In this document: in pieces, positions 63,921 to 64,000 of the stretch
Layout: every line of letters starts with the position of its first letter
Position numbering within the stretch: the first letter of the stretch is position 1
From: Octopus sinensis
Lineage: Eukaryota
DNA length: 64,000 nucleotides
NCBI RefSeq assembly: GCF_006345805.1
Contig: NC_043007.1
Coordinates: 64,170,001-64,234,000 of the forward strand
Direction: 5' to 3'
Translations under genes and position numbers: made by a program
Notes under the pieces: generated by a model
Seen by the model: only the letters and a program-made list of their open reading frames with translations
What the model was told of the DNA's origin: nothing
Database searches by the model: none

Positions 63921-64000
63921 ATTTTATTAATCCTAGAAGAATGATAAGTTCTTAATTATTCATGTTATATTTCCATTTATGTATTACAGTTTCAGTTGGT

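Overview
AT-rich, microsatellite-dense eukaryotic DNA, almost entirely repeats and probable intron or intergenic sequence. The repeat families look like those of an octopod cephalopod (inference, no search run). No long intact host CDS is visible, and nearly all ORF-track entries are microsatellite translations or transposon fragments. Recognisable elements: a near full-length decayed RTE LINE plus several truncated copies, a CR1 3' fragment, two Dong/R4 fragments, a BovB-like RTE 3' fragment, a complete but dead Tc1 element with DD36E spacing, a complete but dead Hsmar1-like mariner, a piggyBac remnant with a related MITE, and many tRNA-derived and RTE-tailed SINEs. There is also a CpG-rich promoter-like island (~31.7-34.4 kb) with a YY1 motif, a ~30-bp minisatellite, a ~3.9-kb TA-rich tract with a 100-N gap, and a ~1.8-kb composite palindrome. 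The main discovery is that several short elements that look like MITEs contain type I hammerhead ribozyme motifs (CUGANGA...GAAA, palindromic helix III, GUA/GUU cleavage triplet). Several have unusually long helix II arms and an inverted partial or complete copy upstream. One motif (12790-12873, minus) has a fully intact core. Together they suggest a family of ribozyme-bearing, Penelope/retrozyme-like foldback mini-elements. Host exon calls are tentative.
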